64,000 nt of DNA from Chiloscyllium plagiosum (Eukaryota), in the NCBI RefSeq assembly GCF_004010195.1, contig NC_057718.1:81416864-81480863 (forward strand). Direction: 5' to 3'. The notes under the pieces were generated by a model. It saw only the letters and a program-made list of their open reading frames with translations. It was not told where the DNA came from and made no database searches. Positions within the stretch are counted from its first letter, which is position 1, and the number at the start of each line of letters is the position of its first letter. The position numbers and the translations under genes are program-made. Shown piece by piece: positions 52,474-64,000 of this stretch.

Positions 52474-53112
52474 TAGGCTTGTCTCATTGTAATATACTTT
52501 CTCTTCACTTTCTCTTTAAGAACCTTTTATCTAATAAATGTGTAAAGTAACGCACGTAGCTCGTTTCTATATATTTAGGTATCACCTTGGTAGATGTACA
52601 AGATGATCAAATCTGGTTTTTAATGCAGTAATCACGACTTGGTGTTGCAGCTTCATTCTGCATTGTACTATTAGTCAACGCAGATGGATATATATCATTT
52701 GTTGCAGACATGTGGTAATTCTTTGTCGTGATCTCTTCAGAAACTGAGTTGTCATGCTGTGTGACAGGAGGTTAATGATGAGCTGTTCAGATAAGTTGAA
52801 ACAAATAAGAATGCAAGAGAAACTCAGCAGGCTGAGTAGCATCTGTGGAAATAGAAGCAGAATTAACAGTTAGGTATCCTTCTTCAGACCTGAAAGGAGC
52901 TCAAAAATGGTGGCTGTTATGCTGTTGACAAAATGAGAAAGAGGGTTGAGATGAACAAATGGTGGGCTGTCCACAGCAAAAGACAAAGGGAGTTCTAATG
53001 GTGGTAACTAAGAGATTTTGTAAATGATAGGTGTGGAAAGGGGAAAAATGGGTCAGCAAAGCCAACAAGACACAAATAGGACACCAAATAAGCAGGGGTG
53101 AAGAAGGGTAGG

Positions 53113-53240
53113 AGAAAGTGAGGACTGCAGATGCTGGAGACCAGAGTTGAAAAGTGTGGTGCTGGAAAAGTGCAGCAGGTCAGTCAGCATCCGAGGAGCA
53201 GGAAAATCGACGTTTCGGGCATAAGCCTTTCTTCAGGAAG
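53113..53240 (-). mobile_element. PLE terminal fragment with a minimal hammerhead motif (53207-53238)
   Basis: UC-CUGAAGA-A-aGGC(uuau)GCCc-GAAA-CG-UC-GA; same family as 63586-63815. Confidence 0.75.
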
Positions 53241-53504
53241 GGTAGTTTGTCATCCCAGTGGAGGACAGAGGTCAGGCTCTGCTTTAGCTGAACTAAATGT
53301 TGAGTCCCGAAGGCTATAAAATGCCTAAGAGAAGATGAGGTGGTGTTTCCCCAGCTTCCACTGAGCTTTGCTGAAACACAGCTATAGGCCCAGGATGAAA
53401 ATGTTAACATGAAAACAAAATGGTTCATTGAAATGACAAGAAACTGGAAGGTTACGGTCATTCTTACAGACAAGTGGCGGTATTCCACAATCATCTGGTC
53501 TGCA

Positions 53505-54108
53505 TTTGGAGAAAAACTACTAAAACATGCAACACAAAGGGACTTGGCGGTACTTGTGCACAAAACGTAAAAAGCTAGCACACAGATGCAGCAGGTAATC
53601 AAGAAGGCTAATGGAATGCTGGCCCTTATTTCAAGGGGGCTAGAATATAGAAGTAGGGAAGTCTTACTGAAACAGTACAAGGTGCTGGTGAGACCATATC
53701 TGAAATAATGAGAGTGTTTTGGTACTCTTCCTTAAGGAAAGATATTTCATCGGAGGCAGTTCAGAAAAGGTTCATTAGGATGATCCCCGGTATGGAGGGC
53801 TTGTTTTATAAGCAAAGACTAAACAGGTTGGGATGGTACTCATTGGAGTTTAGAAGAATGAGAAGTGATCTTATTGGGATGGTTAGGATTCTTAAGGGCT
53901 TGACATGGTAAATGCGGAGAGGATGTTTCCCTTTATGCATCGTCACGGGGAGTTTTGGAGGCACAGTCTTTATATGTATTTAAAGCTGAGATAGATTCTT
54001 GGCCAGTAGGGGAATCGAAGATTATCAGGTATCAGATCCACCATGATCCTATTGAATAGTGTAGCAAGCGTGAGGAATGATGTAAATTACTCCTGTTCAT
54101 ATTTCTTA
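53505..54108 (+). mobile_element. CR1 3' fragment
   Basis: ORF 53708 AVQKRFIRMIPGMEGL...LEFRRMRSDLI. Confidence 0.85.
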
Positions 54109-54469
54109 TTATATAATCTTATTATGATTTCGCCAGCATAAAGGAAACCACATTGAGTGGCAAATGCAATCGACTGAATTGTAAGAAGTACAAGTAAGCC
54201 ACTGCTTCACTTGGTATTTGCAATTTTGGGCCTTGGATAAGGAGAAGGTGAAGGTACATGTTACACCTACTGTGATTAAATGGAAAGGTGCCATAGGGAT
54301 GGAGGGTCAGGAAGTGTAAAGAGTGATGGAGGAATAGACCAGTCCCTCCACAATGTTAACAGTGGAAGGAAGGCAAAGATATGTTTGGTGGTAGTACCCT
54401 GCTGGATCTTCTGTCACCTGCAGCAATTGTATATGAAAAATGTGTCTAATCCAAATGGGGATCTATGCA

Positions 54470-57400
54470 AAATCTAGTCGGGGGAATTTGTAATTCAGAA
54501 TAAAGAAATGGAAGAAAGCTAAACAATCACGTTGTGTCTGTTTCACTGAGGAACACACCAGAAATCTCCCAGATCCAAGTGATTCAGTATGTGGATGTTC
54601 TTACGAGAGAGCAAAACTTGACCTACTCTTGGGGAATGAGGCAGGGCAGGTGACTGAAGTGTCAGTGAGAGAGCACTTTGGGGCCAGTGACCATAATTCC
54701 ATTAGTTTTAAAATATTGATGGAAAAGGATAGAAAGGATCTAAAAGTTAAGGAAATTGGAGAAAGGCCAATTTTGACAGTATTAGGCAAGAACTTTCAAA
54801 AGTTGATTGGAGGCAGATGTTCGCAGGTAAAAGGACGGCTGGAAAATGGGAAGCCTTCAGAAATGAGATAAATGAGAGTCCAGAGACAGTATATTCCTGT
54901 TAAGGTGAAGGGCAAGGCTGGTAGGTGTAGGGAATGCTGGATGACTAAAGAAATTGAGGGTTTGGTCAAGAAAAAGGAGGAAGCATATATCAGGAATGGA
55001 CAGCAGGGATTGAATGAATCCTTCGAAGAGTATACTTAAGAGGGAAGTCGGGGGGCAAAAAGGGGACATGAGATAGCTTTGGCAAATTGGGTTAAGGAGA
55101 ATCCAAAGGGATTCTACAAATACATTAAGAACAAAAGAGGAACAAGGGAGGGAGTAAGGACCCTTAAAGATCAGCAAGGCTGCCTATGTGCGGAACCGCA
55201 GGATTTGAGAGAGATACTAAATGAGTATTTTCAATTAGTGTTTACTGTGGAGAAGGATATGGAAGATAGAGAACTTGGGGGAAATAAACAGTGACATTTT
55301 GAAAAATGTCCATATTACAGAGGAGGAGCTGTTGCATGTTTTAAAATGCATAAAGGTGGATAAATCCCCAGGACCTGATCAGGTGTACCCTAGAAATCTG
55401 TGGAAAGCTCGGAATGTGATTTCTGGGCCCCTTGCTGAGATGTTTGTATCATCGGTATTCAGAGGTGAGGTGCCAGAAGCCTGGAGGTTGGCTAACATGT
55501 CATTATTCAAGAAAGGTGGTAAGGAAGAGCCAGTGAACTATAGACCCTGACATCGGTGGTGAGCAGGTTGTTGGAGGAGATCCTGAGGAACAGGGTTTAC
55601 ATATATTTGGAAAGGCAAGGAGTGATTAGCAATGATAAACATGGCTTTGTGTATGGGAAATCATGTCTCACTAACTTCATTGAGATTTTAGAAGATGTAA
55701 TGAAGAGGATTGATTAGGGCAGAATAGTGGTCATGATCTACATGGATTTTAATAAGGCATTTGACAAGATTCTGCATTAAAAGTTGGTTAGCAAGGTTAC
55801 AAAGAATACAGGGAGAACTAGCCATTTGGATAAAGAACTGGTTCGAAGGTAGTGGTGATGGAGGGTTGCTTTTCAGATGGGAAGCCTGTGACCAGTGGTG
55901 TGTCACATGGATCAGTGCTGGGTCCACTGCTTTTTGTTATTTGTATAAATGATTTGGATGTGAACATAAAAGAAAGTTACCTCGGAGGACATCGTGACTT
56001 TGATCAGATTGGCCAATGAGCTGAGAAGTGGCAGATGGAGTTTAATTTTGATAAATGTGAGTTGCTGCATTCTGGAAAGGCAAATCAGAGCAGGACTTAT
56101 CCATTTAATGGTAAGATTCTGGGAAGTGTTGCTGAACAAAGTGACCTTGGAGTGTAGATCCTTGAAAGTGGAGTGTCCTGTAGATAGTATAGTGAAGAAG
56201 ACATTTGGTATGCTTGCCTTTATTCATCAGTGCTTTGAATATAGGAGTTGGGAGGTCATGTTGTGGCCTTACAGGACATTGGTTAGACCACTTTTAGAAT
56301 ACTGTGTGCAATTCTGTTCTCCCTGCAATAGGAAGAATGTTGTGAAACTTGAAAGGGTTCAGAAAAGATTTACAAGGATGTTGCCAGGGCTGGAGGATCT
56401 GAGCTATAGAGAGAGGCCTGAATAGACTGGGGCCATTTTTCCTGGCGTGTCAGAGGCTGAGGAGTGACTTTATAGAGATTTGTAAACTCACGAGGGGCAT
56501 GGATAGGGTAAATAATCAAGGTCTTTCCCCCAAGGTAGGGGTGTCCAAAACTAAAGGGTATGGTTTAAGATGAGAGGGGAAAAATTTGAAAGGCACCTAA
56601 GGGGCAACTATTTCACACAAAGAGTGGTGCGTATATGGAATGGGCTGCCAGAGGAAGTGGTAGAGGCTGGTACAATTATAACATTTAAAAGGCATCTGGA
56701 TGGGTACATGAATAGGAAATGTTTGGAGGTATATGGACCAAATTCTGGCGAATGGAACTAAATTAATTTAAGATATTTGGTTTGCAAGGATATATTGGAC
56801 CGAAGGGTCTGTTTCCATGCTGTACAGCACTATGACTCCAAGTGGTGAGATTGAGGAGTTGAAAGAAATTAGCATTGGTAAGAAGGTTGTTCTGGAGAAA
56901 TTAATGGGGCTAAAAGTTGGTAAGTCCCCAAGACCTGATGGTGTCCATCCCAGATGTTGAAGCATGTAGCCGTGGAGACAGTAAATTATCTTCTCAATCT
57001 CTATAGATTCTGAAATGATTCCTGCAAATTGGAAGCTAGCAAATGTCAGCCCAGTATTTAAGACAGGAAGAAGGGAACTACAGACTTAATAGTAAGGACA
57101 TTGCGAGATCTACAATAAAAGCCATGATGAATGTATATTTGGATAAAAATGATATGATTAGGCATAGTCAGCCTGGATTTGAAAATAGAAAATTGAATTT
57201 GATAAATTTGTTCGAGATTTTTGCTGATGTTATTAACAGTATTGATTAAGGGGATTTGATAGATGTAGTATATTTGGATTTTTCGAAGACTTGTAGTTAG
57301 GAAAAATTGAAGCACGTGGTAGAGGTGGTCATGTACTGGCCTGGATTACTGATTAGCTAACAGGCAGAAAAGAGAGAGTAGGATTAAATGGACCATGCTC

Positions 57401-58350
57401 TCAATAGACTGTGACTATTGACGTACTGCAAGAATGAGTACTTGGTTCCCAACTTTTCACAATAATTTGGGTGTGTGGACCAAATGTGAATGTTCATAAT
57501 TTGCAGATGATGAAAAGCAAAGCAGAAATGTGTGTACTGTGGAAAATGTAACAAGTTTTCAGGAGGATTTGGATAGGCTTATTGATTGGACAAGGATATG
57601 TCAGATGGAATATCATGTGGACAAATGTGAAGTTATCTATTTAGGGAGGACTGTTTCTTAAATAATGAGGGGTTTCAAAGTGAAGAAATACAAAGGGTTT
57701 TGGGTGTCCTTGTCAATACTCTGAAAGCTTGATGCATCTGTGTGTTAGCAATTAGGAAGGCTAATGGAATGTTAGCCTTTATTTCAAGAGGACCTCAATC
57801 CAGGATTAGTGAAGACTTGCTTCAGTTTTATTGGAGCTTGGTTAGATTGCACCTGAAATACTGTGTGCAGTTTTTGTCTCTTTATCTCAGGAAAGATATT
57901 ATTGCCACAGAAGACGGCAATGAATGTTCACCAGACTTGTTCCAAGATTATGGGTGCTATCCTCTGAAGAGAGGGTGGGCAAACTGAGCCTTTATTCTCT
58001 GGAATTTCAAAGAGTGAGAGATGATCTCATCAAAACCTATAAAATGCTTAAAGGGATAGTTAAACTTGATGCAGGTAAGATGTTTCCCCTCATTTAGAAG
58101 TCAAGAGCCATGGAACACTGTTTAAAATTAATAGGAATGTTACTTGCACCGAAGTGAGCATAATTGTTTTTACTCAGAGGGTAGCCCTCTGCCCTCTGGG
58201 AATTCAGTTTTTGAGTATATTTAGAGGTTGATAGTTTTCACACTGCTGGTGGCATAAAGTTTATGGGGATGGTGTCGGCGAAAAGTATTTAAGTGTTTAA
58301 TCAGCTATGATTGTAATAAATGGTGGAGCAGACTTGATGGGCTGAGTGAC
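54470..58350 (+). mobile_element. Older CR1 host element (54470-54581 and 56837-58350)
   Basis: Text is continuous across the TSD; degraded RT motifs (LVRLHLKYCVQF). Confidence 0.75.
54582..56836 (+). mobile_element. CR1 (HER1-like) nested in an older CR1
   Basis: HFGASDHNSISF, DKSPGPDQVYPR and LVRPLLEYCVQF motifs; 8-bp TSD tccaagtg at ~54574 and ~56837. Confidence 0.9.
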
Positions 58351-58909
58351 CTACACTTCCATTTCTGCCACCTATTGTAAGTCTTTCACTCAAACTAACT
58401 TGTGAAATCATATCCTGTACCTTTGTATCAATATCTACCTATGAATTCGGTGATTGAATCGCCTGACATTTTTATATTTTCAAGCCAACTCAAAAAGTCC
58501 ATATAAAAGCCATCCAATGGGATAGTGGCTACCCTGATCACATCATCTCTCACTGTATCTCCTGCAAACTGAGGAAATGGCCCTAAGGCTGTCACTTTGG
58601 TCCGAAAAAGTTCAGATTACTTTGAAAGGATTATTTTTTAAGTGCAAACAGTAGGCAAAGGTAGATACACAAATGACTAATGTAATTTTTGAGTTTAAAT
58701 GCTGGTGGGTGCCAAGTATGTAGGCCGAACATCCCAAAGACTGGCTAAATGTTTTTAAGACTGAGGTGCATAGATTCTTGTTCAGTAAAGGAATCAAAGG
58801 ATATCAGGAACAGCTGGGAATGTGGAATTTGAATCAGTTGTGATCTTATCGAATGGTGGAGGAGGTTTAGGGAGTCAAATGGTCTATTTCTGCTCCTGTT
58901 TCATATGAG

Positions 58910-60385
58910 TAAGGATTGTATCAAACGGCATATCCCATCAGCTATTCGCAATAAAAATGGTACTAACCGTGTCAATCAGTCTGCACTTGCATTGCTCACA
59001 ATACAGTGCCTGACATGAGATATGGTTCTGCAATTGGACAAATTTGCTGGATAATCGTGAGTATGCAACGAATCATGAGACAACTAATTTGAGAGTCAAG
59101 TCCTCAGTGTGGTGCTCTCGTACATACTGGAAGTTACATATTAATACACAGAGCCCTACTCTTTGCAAGTAGAAACCACATGTACAAAATGTACAACATG
59201 TACCTGTTTTAACCCAAGAAAATAGGTGACAGCAATTTTTGCTCTTAGGGTATTGCCTTTACCAAGTAGAAACAACTTGCCTCGTTTGAAGTTTAAGCAA
59301 AACTTGGCAGTTAATTATCAGTGATTATTAACTGGTGCATTCTCCATGACATCACCTCTACAAATCAAAGTCCACTTGTCAGCCAATCAGCATTCTTCTC
59401 AAACAGTTTGCGATACAATATGTTGATTTTTCCCTTTAAATGAGTGCTCTTTCAAATTATCCTGATGAGTGCAAGATGAGGAGGCATGGGATTCAGGGAA
59501 ATTTGGCTGTCTGGATACAGAATTGACTGGTCTATAGAGGACAGAGGGTGGTAGTAGATGGAATGTATTCAGCCTGGAGTTTGGTGACCAGTGGTGTTCC
59601 GCAGGGATCTGTTCTGAGACATCTGCTTTTTGTGATTTTTATAAATGACTTGGATGAGGAAGTGAAAGGGTGGGTTAGTAAGTTTGCTGATGACACAGCT
59701 AGTGGAGTAGTGGACAGTGTGGAGGGCCGTTGTAGGTTGCAACGGGACATTGACAGGATGCAGAGCTAGGCTGGTAAGTGGCAGATGAAGTTCAACCTGG
59801 AAAAGTGTGAAGTGATCCATTTTGTAAAGTCGATTTTGAATGCAGAATACAAGGTTAACAGCAGGATTCTTGGCAGTGTGGAGGAACAGAGGGATCTTGG
59901 GGTCCATGTCCATAGATTCCTCAAAGTTGCCACCCAAGTTGATCTGGTCTGGATGGCATGTCTTTTGAAGAAAGGTTGAGGAAGCTAAGACTTTTTTCAT
60001 TGGAACAAAGAAGGGTGAGAGATGACTTGATAAAGGCATAGATAGAGTGAATAGTCAGAGACTTTTTCCCAGGGCAAAGATGGCAATCACAAGAGGGTAT
60101 AATTTTTTAGGTGATTTGTGGAAGGTTTAGGGGAGATATCAGAGGTCTGTTCTTTACACAGAGAGTAATTGGTGCATGGAATGCTCTGCCAGTGGTGGTG
60201 GTAGAGTCGTTTTACATTAGGGACTTTTAAATGACTCTTGGATAAGCACGTGGATCATAGTAAGATGAAGGGTATGGGGGTTAGTTTGGTCTTCGAGTAG
60301 GATAAAAGGTCGGCACAATATCGAGGGCCGAAGGGTCCGTATTATGCCATACTGTTCAATGTTCTATGTAAAGCTTTGACAAAAA
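58910..60385 (+). mobile_element. Penelope-like 3' remnant (endonuclease C-terminus, UTR, hammerhead) split by a CR1
   Basis: IKRHIPSAIR...SAIGQ/LLDNREYA...LEVTY/NTQSPTLCK*K; cctgatgagtgcaagatga | CR1 | aaagctttgac. Confidence 0.68.
59480..60369 (+). mobile_element. 5'-truncated CR1
   Basis: SGVPQGSVL, KFADDT and MKFNLEKCEVIHF motifs; (ttctatg)-type tail. Confidence 0.9.
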
Positions 60386-60494
60386 TGTTTTTCAACTGTG
60401 CGCAAAAAAATAAATGGCAGGATCGACCAACATCTGGACTCAGGAATGCTCCTTTAAGAGAGAATTTATTTCAATATTTTACAGGAATGCTAAT

Positions 60495-62700
60495 GTTGAC
60501 TGTATTAGGCAAGAACTTTCAAAAGTTGATTGGTGCATATGTTTGCAGGTAAAGGGACGGCTGTTAAATGGGAAGCCTTCAGAAATGAGATAATGAGAGT
60601 TCAGAGACAGTATATTCCTGTTAGGGTAAAAGGAAAGGTTGGTAGGTATAGGGAATGCTGGATGACTAAAGAAATTGAGGGTTTGGTTATGAAATAGAAG
60701 GAAGCATATGTCAGGTATAGACAGGATAGATCGAGAAAATCTTTAAAAGAGTATAAAGGCAGTAGGAGTATACTTAAGAGGGAAATCAGGAGGGCAAAAA
60801 GGGGACATAAGATAGCATTGGCAAATAAGTTAAGGAGAATCCAAAGAGTTTTTACAAATACATTAAGGACAAAAAGGGTAATGAGGGAGCAAATACGACC
60901 CCTCAAAGATCAGCAAAGCAGCCTATGTGTGGAGCCACAGGAGATGGGGGAGATATGAAACAAGTATTTTGCATCGGTTTGTACTGTGAAGGAGGGCATG
61001 GAAGATATAGAATGTGGGGTAATAGATGGTGACACCTTGAAAAATGTCCATATTACAGGGAAGGAAGTGCTGGATGTCTTCAAATGCATAAAAGTGGATA
61101 AATCCCCTAGACCTGATCAGGTGTATCCTAGAACTCTGAGAGAAGCTTGGAAAGTCATTGCTGAGCCTCTTGCTGAGATATTTGATAGTCACAGGTGAGA
61201 TGCCAAAACTGGAGGTTGGCAAACATGGTATCACTATTTAAGAAAGGCGGTAAGGACAAGGCAGGGAACTATAACCAGTGAGCCAGACGTCGGTGGTGGG
61301 CAAGTTGTTGGAGGGAATCCTGAGAGATGGGATTTACACATATTTGGAAAGGCAAGGACTGATTAGGAATAGTAAATATGGCTTTGTGTGCGGGAAAACA
61401 TGTCTGTCAAACTTGATTTGAGTTTTTTGAAAAAGTAACAAAGAGGATTGATGAGGCAGAGTAGTGGACGTGATCTATATGGACTTCAATAAGGCATTCG
61501 ACAAGGTTCCCCATGGGAGACTGGTTAGCAAAGTTAGATCTCATGGAAGACAGGGAGAACTAGCCATTTAGCTACAGAACTGGCTGAAAGGTAGAAGACG
61601 GAGGGTTGTTTTTTAGACTGGAGGCCTGTGACCAGTGGAGCGCCACAAGGATCGGTGCTGGGTCCACTACTTTTCTTCATTTATATAAATGATTTAGATA
61701 TGAAGATAAGAGGTATAATTAGTAAGTGTGCAGATTACACCAAAATTGGAGGTGTAGTGGACAGAAAAGGTGACCTCAGATTACAACAGGATCTTTTGAT
61801 CAGATGGGCCAATGGGCTGAGGAGTGGCAGATGGATTTTAATTTAGATAAATGCAAGGTGCTGCATTTTGGGAAAGCAAATCTTAGCAGGACCTATACAC
61901 TCAATGGTAAGGTCCTAGGGAGTGCTGCTGAACAAAAACACCTTGGAGTGCAGGTTCATAGTTCCTTGAAAGTGGAGTCGCAGGTAGATAGGATAGTGAA
62001 GAAGGCGTTTTGCATGCTTTCCTTTATTGGTCAGAACATTGAATATAGTAGTTGGGAGGTCATGTTGTGGCTGTATAGGACATTGATTAGGCCACCTTTG
62101 GAATATTGCGTGCAATTCTGGTCTCCATTCTTTTGGAAGGATGTTGTGAAACTTAAAAGGGTTCAGAAAAGATTTACAAGCATGTTGCCAGGGTTGGAGG
62201 ATTTGAGTTATTGGGAGAGGCTGAACAGGCTGAGGCTATTTTCCCTGTAGTGTCGGAGACTGAGGGGTCATCTTATAGAGGTTTACAAAATTATGAGGGG
62301 CAGGGATAGGGTAAATAGGCAAAGTCTTTTCCCTGGGGTCGGGGAGTCCAGAACTAGAGGGCATAGTTTAGGGTGAGAGAGGAAAGATATAAAAGAGACC
62401 TAAGGGGCAACTTTTTCGGGTACAGGTATGGAATGAGCTGCCAGAGGAAGTGGTAGAGGCTGGTATAATTGCAACATTTAAGAGGCATTTGGATGGGGAT
62501 ATGAATAAGAAGGGTTTGGAGGCTGGTATAATTGCAACATTTAAGAGGCATTTGGATGGGTATATGAATAGGAAGAGTTTGGAAGGATATGGGTCTGGTG
62601 CTGGCAGGTGGGACTAGATTGGGTTGGGATATCTGGTCGGCATGGACGGGTTGGACCGAAGGGTCTGTTTCCATGTTGTACATCTCTGTGGCTGTATGAT
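60495..62700 (+). mobile_element. CR1 (HER1-like), 5'-truncated, with a 63-bp tandem duplication at 62456-62581
   Basis: ORFs 60986, 61628 and 61804 carry RT motifs; same subfamily as 54582-56836. Confidence 0.92.
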
Positions 62701-63044
62701 GTTTTAAAGCTACATTTTCTTCCAAGATTGTTTTGTTCTGTCTTTTAGGATCATCTATATTTTTTTTTATTCTATAAATTTGATCAACAACCTCTCAAGT
62801 TTGCATTCCTTAAAGAGAGTGAGAGAGGTAGAGTCTTAACTGTCCATCACTGCAGGTTTAGCAGCCTTTAACCTTGTTTGTAGCTCTTTACTCTTGGTTG
62901 TAGTAACTTTAACTCTCAAATCAAACAGACTTATCGATGATTGTTTGGAAAAATAATTTTGACAGCTCTCCCACAGTGCTGTCACCTTTTTAGCTTTTAG
63001 CATCCACTTACTGTCACTATGAGCTTTTAGTTCCCACTTCAAAA

Positions 63045-64000
63045 GAGTCATGGGACGTGGTGAGTGCATGACCATCACGAAGGAGAAGCTGCTACAGAGG
63101 CTAAAATGTCTGAAAGTGGATAAACTACCCAGACTGGATAAACTACACCCCATGGTTCTGAAGGAGAGAGCCGAAGCAATTGTGGAGGCATTGGTGGTGA
63201 TCTTTAAGAATAACTGGAGTCAGGGAGGGTCCCAAAAGAATAAAAATTGGCTGATGTTTGTGAAGGGAGGGAGGCAGAAGATTATAGGCTGGTTAGCCTA
63301 ATCTTTGTTGGTAAGCATTTAGAGTCCATTATTAAGGATGACATTACAGAGTGCTTGAATTTGTATGGTAAAATGCAGCTGAGTCAGCATGGCTTCACTA
63401 AGGAGAGGTCCCGCCTGTTAAAATTCTTTGAGGAGGTAATGAGCAAGTTAGACAAAGGAGAGCCAGTAGACATGACCTATTTGAATTTCCAGAAGACCTT
63501 TGACAAGGTGCTGTACAGGTGACAGCTAAAATGAGATAAGAGCCCATGGTGTAAATGGCAAGGTATTGGCATGGATAGAGGATTAAGAGAAAGTGAGGAC
63601 TGCAGATGCTGGAGATCAGAATTGAAAGTGTGGTGCTGGAAAAGCACAGCAGGTCAGACAGCATCTGAGGATCAGGAGAATCAATGTTTCAGGCATAAGC
63701 CCTTCATCATCAATCAGGAAGCCCATTCCTGATGAAGGGCTTATGCCTGAAATGTCGATTCTCCTGTTTCTTGGATGCTGCCTGACCTGCTGTGCTTTTC
63801 CAGCACCACACTGTGACTTGGCAGAAGACCAGAAAGTGGGGATAAAGGGGTCTTTTTCACAATGGCAGCTGGTGTCTAGTGCAATGCAGAGGTCCATAGT
63901 GGGACCACTACTGTTCACATTATATGTTAATGATGTAGGTAAAGAAACTGAGGGTATTAATCAATTTGCAGATGGTAGGTGGTGTGACAGATCGTGTTGT
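63045..64000 (+). mobile_element. Degraded CR1 RT fragment interrupted by a PLE-derived hairpin element
   Basis: LKVDKLPRLDKLHPMVLKE and YLNFQKTFDKV motifs. Confidence 0.82.
63586..63815. mobile_element. PLE-derived palindromic element (~83-bp arms) with a hammerhead motif at 63727-63758 (+)
   Basis: Arms 63627-63708 and 63730-63812; UC-CUGAUGA-A-GGGC(uuau)GCCU-GAAA-UG-UC-GA. Confidence 0.82.

Larger units (their letters stand above)
52795..54420 (-). mobile_element. Old Penelope-like remnant interrupted by a PLE terminal fragment (53113-53240) and a CR1 (53505-54108)
   Basis: QVKQWLTCTSYNSVDCIC (GIY-YIG start) in ORF 54109. C-terminal KL.KHHLIF..LG.L.PSGLNI.F at ~53290-53365. Confidence 0.7.

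Overview
Eukaryotic genomic DNA. The HE1-like SINEs, CR1/HER1 LINEs and Penelope elements point to a cartilaginous fish (shark); this is an inference. The + strand holds the 3' half of the RNA-binding-protein gene QKI (Quaking): exon 5 (1998-2085), exon 6 (8893-9189), the QKI-6 terminal exon (36085-), QKI-5 exon 7c (36904-36978) and exon 8 (40571-), followed by a long 3' UTR. About 10 kb around the terminal exons lacks recognisable transposons. The rest is dense with decayed elements: the 5' end of an L1, many CR1 LINEs, tRNA-derived SINEs, a Gypsy remnant, two solo LTRs and Penelope-like elements (PLEs) with minimal hammerhead ribozyme motifs. Best observations: (i) a PLE insertion with a 14-bp TSD that carries an inverted copy of 355 bp of nearby genomic DNA; (ii) a ~4.35-kb intronic inversion with a ~1-kb inverted duplication that splits one CR1; (iii) several minimal hammerheads, one split in its core by a CR1 insertion; (iv) clusters of QKI response elements at QKI's own isoform-deciding splice and poly(A) sites; (v) a CR1-in-CR1 junction present twice, 22 kb apart; (vi) no recognisable QKI-7 exon. 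Repeat boundaries were read by eye and are approximate. No database searches were run.
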